DNA of 64,000 nt from IMG/VR virus record IMGVR_UViG_3300028833_000119, positions 1 through 64,000 of that record; one strand, given 5' to 3'. How positions within the stretch are numbered: the first letter of the stretch is position 1; every line of letters begins with the position of its first letter. The stretch is from a virus (Duplodnaviria > Caudoviricetes). Shown here piece after piece: positions 1-8,900 of this stretch. The notes under the pieces are model-generated. The model saw only the letters and a program-made list of their open reading frames with translations, did no database searches and was not told the DNA's origin. A program made the translations under genes and the position numbers.

Positions 1-19
1 CGGCGGAAACAACTCTTTT

Positions 20-544
20 ATGTGGATCTTTGCTTTGCTGCTCCTGATTTACGGCGGCAACGGATTTGGCGGATTTGGCGGCGGACGTTTCCCGGCGCCC
101 GATGTTGCGACCAACGGAGCAATGACTGCAGGATTCAATAATCAGGCAACTCAGGCTCAACTTCAGCAGATCGCGCTCTCTTCCGCGAATAACAATTATG
201 AGACGGCTCGACTGATCCAGTCTCAGACGGCGGAGCTTGTGGCGCAGAACAACACCAACCTGATCAACGCGATTCAGGGATTTAACCAGGTGAACCTTGG
301 TATCCAGAACCAGACCAACGTACTGTCTCAGCAGCTTCAGGCGCTGCAGTCCAAGATGGACAGCTGCTGCTGCGAGATTAAGACGCAGATGCTTCAGGAC
401 CGTCTGGCAGACGCACAGGCTGCGAAGGTGGCTCTGCAGAACGATATCAGCAACTACAACCAGTCTCAGTACCTGCTGGGGCAGATGGGTCGCTATGTTG
501 CATGGGCTGGAAGCGGAACTCCGGCTGCGCCTACAGGCACCTAA
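20..544 (+). CDS. Hypothetical Gly/Asn/Gln-rich protein with CCCE motif; open at the left window edge
   Basis: Frame is open from position 2. N-terminal hydrophobic/GGFGG stretch, coiled-coil and SCCCEIK motif, a type seen in Firmicutes phages. Confidence 0.75.
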   Translation: MWIFALLLLIYGGNGFGGFGGGRFPAPDVATNGAMTAGFNNQATQAQLQQIALSSANNNYETARLIQSQTAELVAQNNTNLINAIQGFNQVNLGIQNQTNVLSQQLQALQSKMDSCCCEIKTQMLQDRLADAQAAKVALQNDISNYNQSQYLLGQMGRYVAWAGSGTPAAPTGT

Positions 545-642
545 CTTAATTTAAAGTCGCTGTAGGCACGGATACAGTAATATTTAAGCGCAAGCCGATA
601 TAACAGCTTGCGCTTATTTTTTTATGAAAGGAGGGACCATGG

Positions 643-996
643 ATGCACTGGGTTGAAACTGTTTTGACAGTTTTGTGCGCAGTGATTGCCTCTTCTGGAT
701 TTTGGGCGTGGTTATCGAACAGAAATAATAAGAAGAGCGCGAGCACACAAATGATTCTTGGACTTGGACATGATAGAATAATTTACCTGTGCGAAAAATA
801 CATTGAGCGCGGCTGGATTTCAACTGACGAATATGAGAACTTGAATATGTATTTGTTTGAACCGTATACTAAAATGGGTGGTAACGGGACAGCAAAACGT
901 CTAATGGCAATCGTTGACAACCTGCCAACAAAAGATGTTGAATACACGGCAGACGGCAGGAAAATCGAATCCGAACAAAAAGCACGAAGGAAATAA
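643..996 (+). CDS. Holin-like membrane protein
   Basis: RBS AAGGAGGG; N-terminal TM helix (VLTVLCAVIASSGFWAWL); GHDRI...Y...MGGNG pattern typical of Firmicutes phage holin-like proteins. Confidence 0.6.
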   Translation: MHWVETVLTVLCAVIASSGFWAWLSNRNNKKSASTQMILGLGHDRIIYLCEKYIERGWISTDEYENLNMYLFEPYTKMGGNGTAKRLMAIVDNLPTKDVEYTADGRKIESEQKARRK

Positions 997-1032
997 AAAT
1001 GCCCTGGGGTTATCCCCAGGGCGCTATTTTTT
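997..1032 (+). terminator. Rho-independent terminator
   Basis: gccctgggg-ttat-ccccagggc hairpin followed by a T run, with an A run on the left (possibly bidirectional). Confidence 0.8.
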
Positions 1033-1235
1033 TTGGCTGATGGGGCAGGATTGTCCTGCATATTGTTTGGCTTGAACAATGTCTTGCGCTCCACCCCCGT
1101 TCTCACGGTTACTTGTGGCCGGAGCATTAAACGACCCATCTCAAGTCTTCACGAAAATACATCGGTCAACCGTTGTACTTTGGTGAGGATTTGAAGAATG
1201 AATAAATATACCGCAAGGCTGAATAATTGGTAAAT

Positions 1236-1282
1236 GGTCTGCAAAACCTTTATTCTCCGGTTCGAATCCGGATGGCACCTCT
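1236..1282 (+). other. attP-like core: 3' half of tRNA-Cys(GCA)
   Basis: ggtct-GCA-aaacc anticodon arm, ccgg-ttcgaat-ccgg T arm and tggcacctc acceptor 3' strand; no D arm or 5' acceptor strand; adjacent to the integrase 3' end. Confidence 0.8.
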
Positions 1283-1294
1283 CAATCCCTTATA

Positions 1295-1333
1295 AATCAA
1301 CGCTTCCAGCCGACGGAAGTGTTGATTTTTTTT
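1295..1333. terminator. Hairpin terminator between att core and integrase
   Basis: aatcaacgcttcc-agccgac-ggaagtgttgatt followed by a T run. Confidence 0.7.
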
Positions 1334-1363
1334 GATGAATTTTTGGTAAGACCTTTATCGCAT

Positions 1364-2389
1364 TTATAAACACAAAGCTGCATACATGTCATCGAAGCCG
1401 TCGCCATACAGATTGATGTAAGTATTATATGTTACTTTCACATCACTGTGTCCCAACAGCTTCGAAAGGATCTTAATGTCGATCCCTTTGTAATAGCAAT
1501 TCGTTGCGAATGTATGCCGGAAAACGTGTGCCCCTCGATAGGGAACGTTGGATTCCTTGCACATCTTCTTAATTGTACGAATCAGAACAGGATATTCAAG
1601 ACGTTTGTCTATACCAAACACAAATTCGCTGGACGCTCGCTTTTTCAATATGTTGAGTATAGCTGTTGCTCTTACATTAAGAGGTATAGTACGAATACTC
1701 GCGTCAGTCTTCGGCGTGTCCTGAACATATGCTTTTGATGGCAGGTGAGGATTGACAACGGTTGCACATACATGACAGCGATGTTTATCAGTATCCACAT
1801 CACTCCATCGAAGGGCAAGTGCTTCGCCGGATCGCAAACCTGTCTCAATCATAAAAGCAACACACAGTACAGCGTTTTGATCAGAGTGTGTTTCGATATA
1901 ATCCTGTAACCTGCGCTGTTCTTTTTCATTATATGCCAGAACTTCGCGTGGCTTTTTGATTATCTTCTGGTTTGGCATATCAACTTCCTGCGCAGGATTG
2001 TCTGGGATAATTTTTAGCGACACGGCTTTGCGAAGCGACGCACGAAGCAACTCCAATTGTTTTTTTATTGTACTGAAACTATACCCTTCGTTCGTGATCT
2101 GATTGATATAGAATTGGATATCAAGCGGTGTTACATCGCATACACGTTGCTGTCCGATTGGATATCTGGCGAGCGATTCGTTTGACCCTGTGAGCCTGTC
2201 ATATGTTCCAGATTTGACTTCGTTCTTTTTAAATAGATCCAGCCAAAGCGAAATGTACGTGTAGAGACTGATTGTGTTATCCATAATTAGAGCTCCTTTA
2301 CTGGAGCCTTGCGGTATATTGTAGTTGTCAAAGTTCGCAGCATCTACCTTATTTGAAGTATATAAATTAGCAAAATGATTGTCAAGCAT
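1364..2389 (-). CDS. int: Tyrosine integrase
   Basis: TGLRSGEALAL, HVFRHTFAT and LGHSDVKVTYNTY catalytic motifs (R-H-R-H-Y), preceded by a SAM-like N domain. Confidence 0.95.
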   Translation of the reverse strand: MLDNHFANLYTSNKVDAANFDNYNIPQGSSKGALIMDNTISLYTYISLWLDLFKKNEVKSGTYDRLTGSNESLARYPIGQQRVCDVTPLDIQFYINQITNEGYSFSTIKKQLELLRASLRKAVSLKIIPDNPAQEVDMPNQKIIKKPREVLAYNEKEQRRLQDYIETHSDQNAVLCVAFMIETGLRSGEALALRWSDVDTDKHRCHVCATVVNPHLPSKAYVQDTPKTDASIRTIPLNVRATAILNILKKRASSEFVFGIDKRLEYPVLIRTIKKMCKESNVPYRGAHVFRHTFATNCYYKGIDIKILSKLLGHSDVKVTYNTYINLYGDGFDDMYAALCL

Positions 2390-2966
2390 ATGAAATATCT
2401 CCTGACATAGATATAACTACTTGTTCTGCATTTAAATGTTTCGCACAAAGTTTGTCGATAAGTATTGACATAGGAATATTATATTTTTCACATATTTCAT
2501 CTATTGTTAATTGTTCTCCAAGTATATTGTATATTTTTTTATTTTTGGAAAAACAAACAGGTGTTGATACTGCGTCGATAAATGACATACCTTTATTTAA
2601 CCTCTTGTATAATGTAGCTGGTCTTATTTTGTATTCATCGGCCCACTCTGCTACAGTTTTAGTTTCTCCATTAAATGTAATATATTTACAATTCGATCTG
2701 TTATTACAATTCTTTTTGTGTGTAACAAAACGACAATTATCTGGAGTATAATTTCCATTATTATCAATTCTGTCGATATCTAATCCGGGGTGATATCCAT
2801 TTTCTATCGCCCATTTTTCAAATTCTCTAAAATGTTTCCATTCAGGCGAAATAACTATTCCTCTTCCACCATATCGAGGATATGCTTTTCTGTTTTTGTT
2901 GTAACAACGTTGTTTTATTCCATAATACATTTGTTCAAGTTTTGATTTATGCATTTTATCCTCCAA
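2382..2966 (-). CDS. HNH homing endonuclease
   Basis: YYGIKQRCYN...YPRYGGRGI...LDIDRIDNNGNYTPDNCRF; visibly AT-rich relative to its flanks. Confidence 0.9.
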   Translation of the reverse strand: MEDKMHKSKLEQMYYGIKQRCYNKNRKAYPRYGGRGIVISPEWKHFREFEKWAIENGYHPGLDIDRIDNNGNYTPDNCRFVTHKKNCNNRSNCKYITFNGETKTVAEWADEYKIRPATLYKRLNKGMSFIDAVSTPVCFSKNKKIYNILGEQLTIDEICEKYNIPMSILIDKLCAKHLNAEQVVISMSGDISYA

Positions 2967-2969
2967 CTA

Positions 2970-3010
2970 AAACGCCCGGTCAGCTTCGTGCCGACCGGGC
3001 TTATTTTTTT
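2970..3010. terminator. Bidirectional terminator ending the long leftward operon
   Basis: gcccggtc...gaccgggc hairpin with T runs on both strands. Confidence 0.7.
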
Positions 3011-3195
3011 TATTCAACTTGTAACTTCTGCTGTTTGTCTCGTTTTCGCGAAAGCTTATCGTCCACCTTGGCAGCTTTTCTATTTGCCTTGCAAGAGTTA
3101 CAGTTTCTTCGATTCTTGCAGAACCAACAACCGTCCTGCCCGAGCCAATACCAATGCGGCATCGACGGCCTTGGTTTACGTTTTGCTTTGCCCAT
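3010..3195 (-). CDS. Small Cys-rich hypothetical protein
   Basis: MGKAKRK start; CWFC...CNSC; basic tail. Confidence 0.6.
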   Translation of the reverse strand: MGKAKRKPRPSMPHWYWLGQDGCWFCKNRRNCNSCKANRKAAKVDDKLSRKRDKQQKLQVE

Positions 3196-3403
3196 ATTTT
3201 TTCTTCCGCTGGTTCCACGAATCGATTGCTTCCTGAGCAGACGCACACCATCCGCTGGCAGCGCCGCAACCACCGTCACGGTAATCGCATACAACCATGT
3301 ACTTTATTGTAAACCGTTCCGGAGCCTTACGCGGAAGCACAACGACTTTCGGATATGGAAACGCACAGAACGGACATCTGCGCAGTTCTTTATTATTCAT
3401 CAA
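3176..3403 (-). CDS. Lar-family restriction alleviation protein (Zn ribbon)
   Basis: LRRCPFC...VVC...CGA...EAIDSWNQR pattern. Confidence 0.7.
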   Translation of the reverse strand: MMNNKELRRCPFCAFPYPKVVVLPRKAPERFTIKYMVVCDYRDGGCGAASGWCASAQEAIDSWNQRKKKYGQSKT

Positions 3404-4299
3404 TTCTCCTTCAATTCCAGAAACAGATCGCCGACAGCCGGCGCCATATCAAAGTCGATCGGTCGCAGATGGTGCGAGGATGACTTGCCGTATTTCTTCT
3501 CAACCATATCGATATACATGGTGAACTCGCCGTCGTCGCCCATGTACAGTTTGTCATAATCTTCGCCAGGAAGGTTCTTGCGAAGATTCATCTGCCTGAC
3601 GGCAAGATTATCAAATGCTACAGCCTTGAAATGTTTTTTCAGCCACGGCAGACGTTGCTCAAGACCATAGATCCTATCCAAAATCATTTGCTCATTAGCT
3701 ATAAAACATTGATACCCCTTACCTTTGGTTTTATATCCAAGAATAAGCAAGTTAAGGCTATGATCTGCAAGTTGGTCAAAAACCAACGGAGGCGTCACGC
3801 CGGCGATGGTATGAATCACTGCGTTGGGGAAATCCTTCAGCGCAGGAATCAATCCGTCCGGAATCGCAGTCTGGACAGAGATGCCGAGACCGTGAATCAG
3901 CTTACGATCGCACAGTTTCTTGAGACGCGCGATGTTGTTCATGAAATGCACGGCGTTGACAGTCAGGTTACAGATCACGTTGCGGCTGTGCATATACCAA
4001 AGAAAACCTTCAAGCTGCGGGTGCTCCAGCGGGTTGCCGCCGCCGATCGCCAGTTCGGTATAAGGCTTGATGGTATCGAAGATCGGATGATGCAGGTCCG
4101 CGTGCTTGCCGTCCGGCGAGGAACATTCGGCGCACATAGGACAACCAAGATCGCATCGATTCGTGATCTTCAGGTCCATGGATTCAGGAAATTCAGGGGC
4201 GGCTTTTTCGCCGTCCCTGATATAGCGTTCCTTGGTTCCGTCCTCGTGCATCACAACAATCGTGTTTCCGTTGACATAGGTTCCGAGAATCTTACTCAT
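3400..4299 (-). CDS. Radical SAM protein
   Basis: DLKITNRCDLGCPMCAEC (CxxxCxxC) and ELAIGGGNPL. Confidence 0.9.
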   Translation of the reverse strand: MSKILGTYVNGNTIVVMHEDGTKERYIRDGEKAAPEFPESMDLKITNRCDLGCPMCAECSSPDGKHADLHHPIFDTIKPYTELAIGGGNPLEHPQLEGFLWYMHSRNVICNLTVNAVHFMNNIARLKKLCDRKLIHGLGISVQTAIPDGLIPALKDFPNAVIHTIAGVTPPLVFDQLADHSLNLLILGYKTKGKGYQCFIANEQMILDRIYGLEQRLPWLKKHFKAVAFDNLAVRQMNLRKNLPGEDYDKLYMGDDGEFTMYIDMVEKKYGKSSSHHLRPIDFDMAPAVGDLFLELKEN

Positions 4300-4829
4300 C
4301 TCCAGTTCCCCTTATAATAAGTCTCATGCGGGTAATCAACGTCGGTCTGTTCGTCCATCCATTCATCTTCGTGTGTATCACAATTGTCATTTCCGGTAAC
4401 CACAAACGACTCATCCGAGAACAGATACTTGATCAGAGCATGTTCATGCGACAGCATACGGTTCACAAAGTCCATTGCATCCCCGTCGGTACAGTGATCA
4501 ACGTATCCGTTGTCGAGATATTCGCCGTCAGACCACGAGGACTTTACAAATTTCGCCGGTTTTGAACAGGAGCACTGTATGCCGTATTTGATAAGCATGT
4601 CATACAGGCGCGGATAAACATCCTCACCGAGGCAACCACATGCCATGGTATACAGATAAGAAGCTTTCTCATTAATTGTATCCAGTCGTTCAAACTCCCA
4701 GCCGAATTCGCCGATTGCGAAATCGACAAGATTGCCAGGCTCTGTTTTCTGGTCGGTCACAATAATTGTGTGCGTAGAAGACGAATTTGTTTCAAACATA
4801 CCTTTACGAATTTTTACCATAATATTCAC
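4296..4829 (-). CDS. Conserved phage protein with FETNSSS motif, coupled to the radical SAM gene
   Basis: KIRKGMFETNSSSTHTI N-terminus; YVDH motif; 4-nt overlap with the radical SAM gene. Confidence 0.75.
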   Translation of the reverse strand: MNIMVKIRKGMFETNSSSTHTIIVTDQKTEPGNLVDFAIGEFGWEFERLDTINEKASYLYTMACGCLGEDVYPRLYDMLIKYGIQCSCSKPAKFVKSSWSDGEYLDNGYVDHCTDGDAMDFVNRMLSHEHALIKYLFSDESFVVTGNDNCDTHEDEWMDEQTDVDYPHETYYKGNWR

Positions 4830-5092
4830 CTTTCGTGTCTATATTCTTTTTCCTCGCAATCCATTGCTTCTGCTCTGCGCTTGTCCCTTCCGGTAAATCC
4901 TCTTCCGATCCTCTTGCGCTTCGGATTAGTCTTGGCCGCACACAAAGGACACGAGCAATGAATCTTGCCTTTGCTGTATTCATGCAGATTGTCATACCAG
5001 CCTTCTGGCCAGCAATAGACATGATGGACGATCCACTCCTTGCGCCTCGCCTTGCGCCAGTTATTTTTTCTTCGTGTTGATCTGCGATACAT
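4826..5092 (-). CDS. Basic hypothetical protein with HCSCxxC motif
   Basis: Operon-packed ORF; KIHCSCPLC. Confidence 0.6.
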   Translation of the reverse strand: MYRRSTRRKNNWRKARRKEWIVHHVYCWPEGWYDNLHEYSKGKIHCSCPLCAAKTNPKRKRIGRGFTGRDKRRAEAMDCEEKEYRHER

Positions 5093-5390
5093 ACGGCGAA
5101 CTTCCTTCCATACTAAAATACTGCCGGAAGAAATCCAGCAGCTCATCATCTTCAGGAAAGAAGATATCCCGCTTTGTTGTGTCTACATATGCTCCGAGCA
5201 CGTTACTGATCAGCTGGCCGAAGCGCCAGTCCGGAACGCGGTGCCAGTAATATGCCAACATCCTGCAAAAGTTATCGATTCTGTTTGAATCTCTTACGGT
5301 TTTTAGAGATGCTTTCCTCATGCATTGCGGGCAAACTTGTTGCCCCTCCGGAATTATTTTTCCACAGCACACACACCGTTCTTCAGTCAT
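5061..5390 (-). CDS. Hypothetical protein with N-terminal Zn ribbon
   Basis: CVCCG...CPQC; WHRVPDWRFGQL. Confidence 0.65.
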   Translation of the reverse strand: MTEERCVCCGKIIPEGQQVCPQCMRKASLKTVRDSNRIDNFCRMLAYYWHRVPDWRFGQLISNVLGAYVDTTKRDIFFPEDDELLDFFRQYFSMEGSSPYVSQINTKKK

Positions 5391-5419
5391 CTTAATATAC
5401 CTGCCTTTATAAATTATAG

Positions 5420-5632
5420 TTATCTTTCTACCTTTTTGCGACACTCAATGCAAGCTTCAATTCCTTCCGGTATACAATCCTTGCAATCTGAATTCCATTT
5501 CATGTCATACGGAATCGTTGGCTGTTCATTGAGTATTCTTGCTAAATCTTCAGCTCTTATCATTGCAAGGCCACAAACATTTTCCATATATTCTGGTTTA
5601 ACACGAATAGCATCAGCATCAATCAATCTCAT
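5420..5632 (-). CDS. Hypothetical phage protein (MRLIDAD type)
   Basis: MRLIDADAI...LNEQPTI, a common small phage protein pattern. Confidence 0.65.
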   Translation of the reverse strand: MRLIDADAIRVKPEYMENVCGLAMIRAEDLARILNEQPTIPYDMKWNSDCKDCIPEGIEACIECRKKVER

Positions 5633-5915
5633 TCCACTTCAACTCCTGTCCGCAATATTTGCAAAACTTTGTTGGATCGCTCGTTTTATTTGTAATGCCT
5701 CTCCGACAAGCTGGACAGTATCCAACTTCCATTTCTCCGACCGAATCCGCCACAGATAAAACTTGCTTCGGCTCCTGCTCTTTCAGCAAAACAATAATAT
5801 TTTTAATTATTTCTTCAGAAACCGCATAAACATCACCAACGCCATCAATGAATCCACAACGCTGATTCTTTAATGAATCATCCAATGCTTGTATAACTTT
5901 CTCCTTGTCAGGCAT
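5619..5915 (-). CDS. xDxEKVI...LLKEQE family protein with C-terminal Zn ribbon
   Basis: MPDKEKVIQAL...LLKEQE...CPAC...FCKYCG; RBS AGGAG. Confidence 0.7.
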   Translation of the reverse strand: MPDKEKVIQALDDSLKNQRCGFIDGVGDVYAVSEEIIKNIIVLLKEQEPKQVLSVADSVGEMEVGYCPACRRGITNKTSDPTKFCKYCGQELKWNEID

Positions 5916-5940
5916 TTCTATCACTCCTGTCTTTGGGCCT

Positions 5941-6129
5941 TTAATGTATTGGCACAAACTCTGCTCCTGTCGTGACGATCACTTCCACATCTGCGGCATT
6001 ATGTTCGTCCATGCCGTAACCTTCTGTTGCAATGAACAAATGCACATCAACGTTCTTCGGATCAACGTTATAGTGCTTTGCTATAATCCGTTGCACATCA
6101 TACTTGTCTAGAAACACTTTTGTTTTCAT
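5941..6129 (-). CDS. Hypothetical protein
   Basis: Operon-packed ORF with RBS. Confidence 0.55.
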   Translation of the reverse strand: MKTKVFLDKYDVQRIIAKHYNVDPKNVDVHLFIATEGYGMDEHNAADVEVIVTTGAEFVPIH

Positions 6130-6146
6130 TTCCGTTCCACCGCCTG

Positions 6147-6524
6147 TCATATGTGCTTTGCCTGTTCAAGTACTGATCGTATATCGTCCGTTAAAAGTCC
6201 CTTGTAAAGCAATTCTTTGTATATCCATTCGTTCATCAACAACTTCCCAAGCAATATCCCACGTTCTTCACCTTGTTTGGCTGTTCCTGTTGAAATAAAT
6301 GTGATACCGTCTGCTGCTTGCTGAATGCCAAGCAAACTCTGCTGCTCTTTCAGCAGGGCAAGAGCAGAACGACATAGCCACGCATAGAAGTGAATCTCAT
6401 CATTTGTGATTGATTTCCTATGCGGTATGTCCCATCCGCAATACTTGAGTTCAGCAAGTGCATTGCAATTTGCAAAACGCTTATTGTCTTGCATAACCTG
6501 TTCGTCAGTCAATCTCATTCCCAT
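6147..6524 (-). CDS. LLKEQ family hypothetical protein
   Basis: ALALLKEQQ junction motif. Confidence 0.65.
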   Translation of the reverse strand: MGMRLTDEQVMQDNKRFANCNALAELKYCGWDIPHRKSITNDEIHFYAWLCRSALALLKEQQSLLGIQQAADGITFISTGTAKQGEERGILLGKLLMNEWIYKELLYKGLLTDDIRSVLEQAKHI

Positions 6525-6537
6525 TTCACCCCATCAA

Positions 6538-6807
6538 TCAATACCATAGCAACTCTCTTCCACAAAATCCACAAAACTTCGGATGCCAGTAGCGGTTAAC
6601 TGTTTCGCCACATTCACATTTATTGATTTTATCTTCTTTTACTGGCACTACTTCCTGACCTTTCAGCAGGGATATGGCATCAATAGCGATATCGGAATAC
6701 TCTTGTGCCTTCTCACATTTATAACTGTCTGTGTCATTTCGATAAATATCAAAAAAGTAATCTGATATTTCTCCCAATCCTTTGATAGCCTTCTTCCGGT
6801 CTGCCAT
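6538..6807 (-). CDS. xDxEKVI...LLKEQE family protein with Zn ribbon
   Basis: MADRKKAIKGL...AISLLKGQE...CECG...FCGFCG. Confidence 0.7.
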   Translation of the reverse strand: MADRKKAIKGLGEISDYFFDIYRNDTDSYKCEKAQEYSDIAIDAISLLKGQEVVPVKEDKINKCECGETVNRYWHPKFCGFCGRELLWY

Positions 6808-6812
6808 CTGTT

Positions 6813-7130
6813 TCACCGTCCTTCCGAAATGATGTTCCATGCAATCTGCAACCCGTCCCAAATACCCTTTTTGTATTTATTCTCAAGATACTCGTCCAAT
6901 GACATAAACCCATGATAATCGTTCGGAGCGTGGGCGAGTTGCATGTCAGCAATCTCTTTTGTCCATTGCTTTACAACTGCATCCTGCTCTTTCAGAAGGG
7001 CAAGGGCATCTTCTCGGCAAGGGCATATTATTTTGCTATCAAGAATCTCCTTGAAATATGGGCATCCTCTACAATCTCCCTCACTTATACAATGTTCCAG
7101 CCCTTTGATAACTTTTTCTATATCAGCCAT
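6813..7130 (-). CDS. xDxEKVI...LLKEQE family protein
   Basis: MADIEKVIKGLEHC...DALALLKEQD. Confidence 0.7.
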   Translation of the reverse strand: MADIEKVIKGLEHCISEGDCRGCPYFKEILDSKIICPCREDALALLKEQDAVVKQWTKEIADMQLAHAPNDYHGFMSLDEYLENKYKKGIWDGLQIAWNIISEGR

Positions 7131-7135
7131 TCAAT

Positions 7136-7522
7136 TCACCGCCTTTTATACGGGCTATATCCTGCCCCGTTTTTGAAGACAAAAATCATCGCATCGTTCC
7201 AACCATCCCTGTATTGCGAACACGTTACCGGGCACTTGCTTCGACTGTCACGATACCAAAGACAATCTGTATGATCATACTTATACTGAAATTTGCTTGC
7301 ATCTGGTTCCTGATCTTTTAGCATTCTACGAAGCCATTCGATTTCTTCCCGTGCTTTTTCGAGCGACTCATCACGGTTTTTTATTTGCTCTTCTTGCTCT
7401 TTCAGCAGGGAAAGGATCATGTCGGCTTCTTTAAATGGAACAATAATTCGATCCTGTGCATATTCTTCCGATTGCTTTTTTGCTTTTTCAATGGCCCGGA
7501 TTATTTTCTCTCTGTCGTTCAT
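7136..7522 (-). CDS. xDxEKVI...LLKEQE family protein with coiled coil
   Basis: MNDREKIIRAIE...LSLLKEQE. Confidence 0.7.
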   Translation of the reverse strand: MNDREKIIRAIEKAKKQSEEYAQDRIIVPFKEADMILSLLKEQEEQIKNRDESLEKAREEIEWLRRMLKDQEPDASKFQYKYDHTDCLWYRDSRSKCPVTCSQYRDGWNDAMIFVFKNGAGYSPYKRR

Positions 7523-7893
7523 TCCCACTTCACTTCCTTGCACTGTTCAAAAGTTGGTTTCCCTGTAAACAGTTTTAATTTACCCATCAGCAATGCGGGT
7601 TCATGAACATCGTTCGGATTAAGAATCCACATTGGCGAAGTATCGTTTTCCCACAGCATACAAATAGGATTTCGCCTTGAATCTGCTTTCCATTCACGCC
7701 ATTCGTCCATGGTAAGCTCTCGTACTTCCTGCTCTTTCAGCATGTAGATCACGTTCGTATACATTTCATGCAGCTCCACATCATCCTGCACAAGTTCGCA
7801 ATCGGCACAGTTCCGATCACAATCGTCGTGCGCTCCACGAAGCATACATTCATGTTCGATTTCCAGTAGTTCGATCATTCGCTGGATTGTCAT
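7519..7893 (-). CDS. Cys-rich LKEQE family protein
   Basis: CDRNCADC...IYMLKEQE. Confidence 0.65.
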   Translation of the reverse strand: MTIQRMIELLEIEHECMLRGAHDDCDRNCADCELVQDDVELHEMYTNVIYMLKEQEVRELTMDEWREWKADSRRNPICMLWENDTSPMWILNPNDVHEPALLMGKLKLFTGKPTFEQCKEVKWE

Positions 7894-7898
7894 TCGCT

Positions 7899-8123
7899 TC
7901 ACCAATCCTTCTTATACCATTTTCCATCTATACCTTCATACATCAATTCTCGTTTGCCCTGCATAGCGTCATTAAAACCTTTTTCATATTCGGTATCCTG
8001 CTTGTTCAGCAGTTCAAGCGCAGCCATCGCAATTTGCTGAACCTCAGAATCGGAATGGAATAATTGCCAATCATCCTGTGTCAGCCCCTCCAGCCAGCTC
8101 ATAACCGTTTTTCTGTCAGGCAT
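7899..8123 (-). CDS. xDxEKVI...LLKEQE family protein
   Basis: MPDRKTVMSWLEGL...ALELLNKQD. Confidence 0.65.
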   Translation of the reverse strand: MPDRKTVMSWLEGLTQDDWQLFHSDSEVQQIAMAALELLNKQDTEYEKGFNDAMQGKRELMYEGIDGKWYKKDW

Positions 8124-8352
8124 CGTCCGTTCTCCTTTCCCCGTCAGCGCAGAACCAATCCTTATCCGGCTTGAATTTTACGCAGTATTCATCTCTCATA
8201 TTCGCACAGTATCCATCGTTCATAAACCCATAATGGTCAATTAAATACTTGCAATCCTTGCACCGAATCAGTTCCTGCTCCGAATAGGTTTCAACGTGCG
8301 GTTTGCCTTCAACCATTGTGATTGATCGTCTAACAATGAAATCTTTTTTCAT
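8116..8352 (-). CDS. Hypothetical protein (ELIRCKDC...DWFCADGERR type)
   Basis: Cys-rich small phage protein pattern. Confidence 0.65.
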   Translation of the reverse strand: MKKDFIVRRSITMVEGKPHVETYSEQELIRCKDCKYLIDHYGFMNDGYCANMRDEYCVKFKPDKDWFCADGERRTDDA

Positions 8353-8359
8353 TTTCACT

Positions 8360-8554
8360 TCACCGGCTTTCCTGCAATGCGTTTGTATAACGTTTGTCAG
8401 AATCCAATGGGCATCTATAACGGATATAATATCCGTCACAATCATCGACTTGAACTTTCAGAATGTCGCAAACAGATGTCCAATCATCTACTGACATATC
8501 CCACGTTTTGTAATGCGGACATTCTGTAGTGCAATCCAAAGGAAAGCATTTCAT
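8360..8554 (-). CDS. Cys-rich hypothetical protein
   Basis: CTTECPHY...RCPL; operon-packed. Confidence 0.55.
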   Translation of the reverse strand: MKCFPLDCTTECPHYKTWDMSVDDWTSVCDILKVQVDDCDGYYIRYRCPLDSDKRYTNALQESR

Positions 8555-8886
8555 TCCCACTTCACCGCCTGTCCGCAATGTGGGCAAAAGCTCCACGTCT
8601 GATACACAAGCACCTTGCATTTCGGACAATACGGATGCCCGAACGCATCAATTTTTGGCTTTATCGCTTCCTGCTCTTTCGGCGTGTCATGAAACTTGTG
8701 TTTCCATTCACTGATTTCATTACATAATCTGTCAATGTCGTTCTGTTTTTTGTGGAGTAATTCATCCTGCTCTTTCAGCACTTTCAGTGTCTCAACCACC
8801 GCAGAGTACGCAAGAGGAAGAACCTCGCCTTCTTGGTGTTTCACCCACCACTCAAGCCCTTTAATGATCGTCTCTCTATCAGTCAT
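8551..8886 (-). CDS. xDxEKVI...LLKEQE family protein with Zn ribbon
   Basis: MTDRETIIKGLE...LKVLKEQD...CPKC...FCPHCG. Confidence 0.7.
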   Translation of the reverse strand: MTDRETIIKGLEWWVKHQEGEVLPLAYSAVVETLKVLKEQDELLHKKQNDIDRLCNEISEWKHKFHDTPKEQEAIKPKIDAFGHPYCPKCKVLVYQTWSFCPHCGQAVKWE

Positions 8887-8900
8887 TCTGATATCTCTTT

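Noticed and set aside
1200-1285. Complete tRNA-Cys gene
   Set aside because: No D arm or 5' acceptor strand; the match starts at the anticodon stem, so it is treated as an att core.
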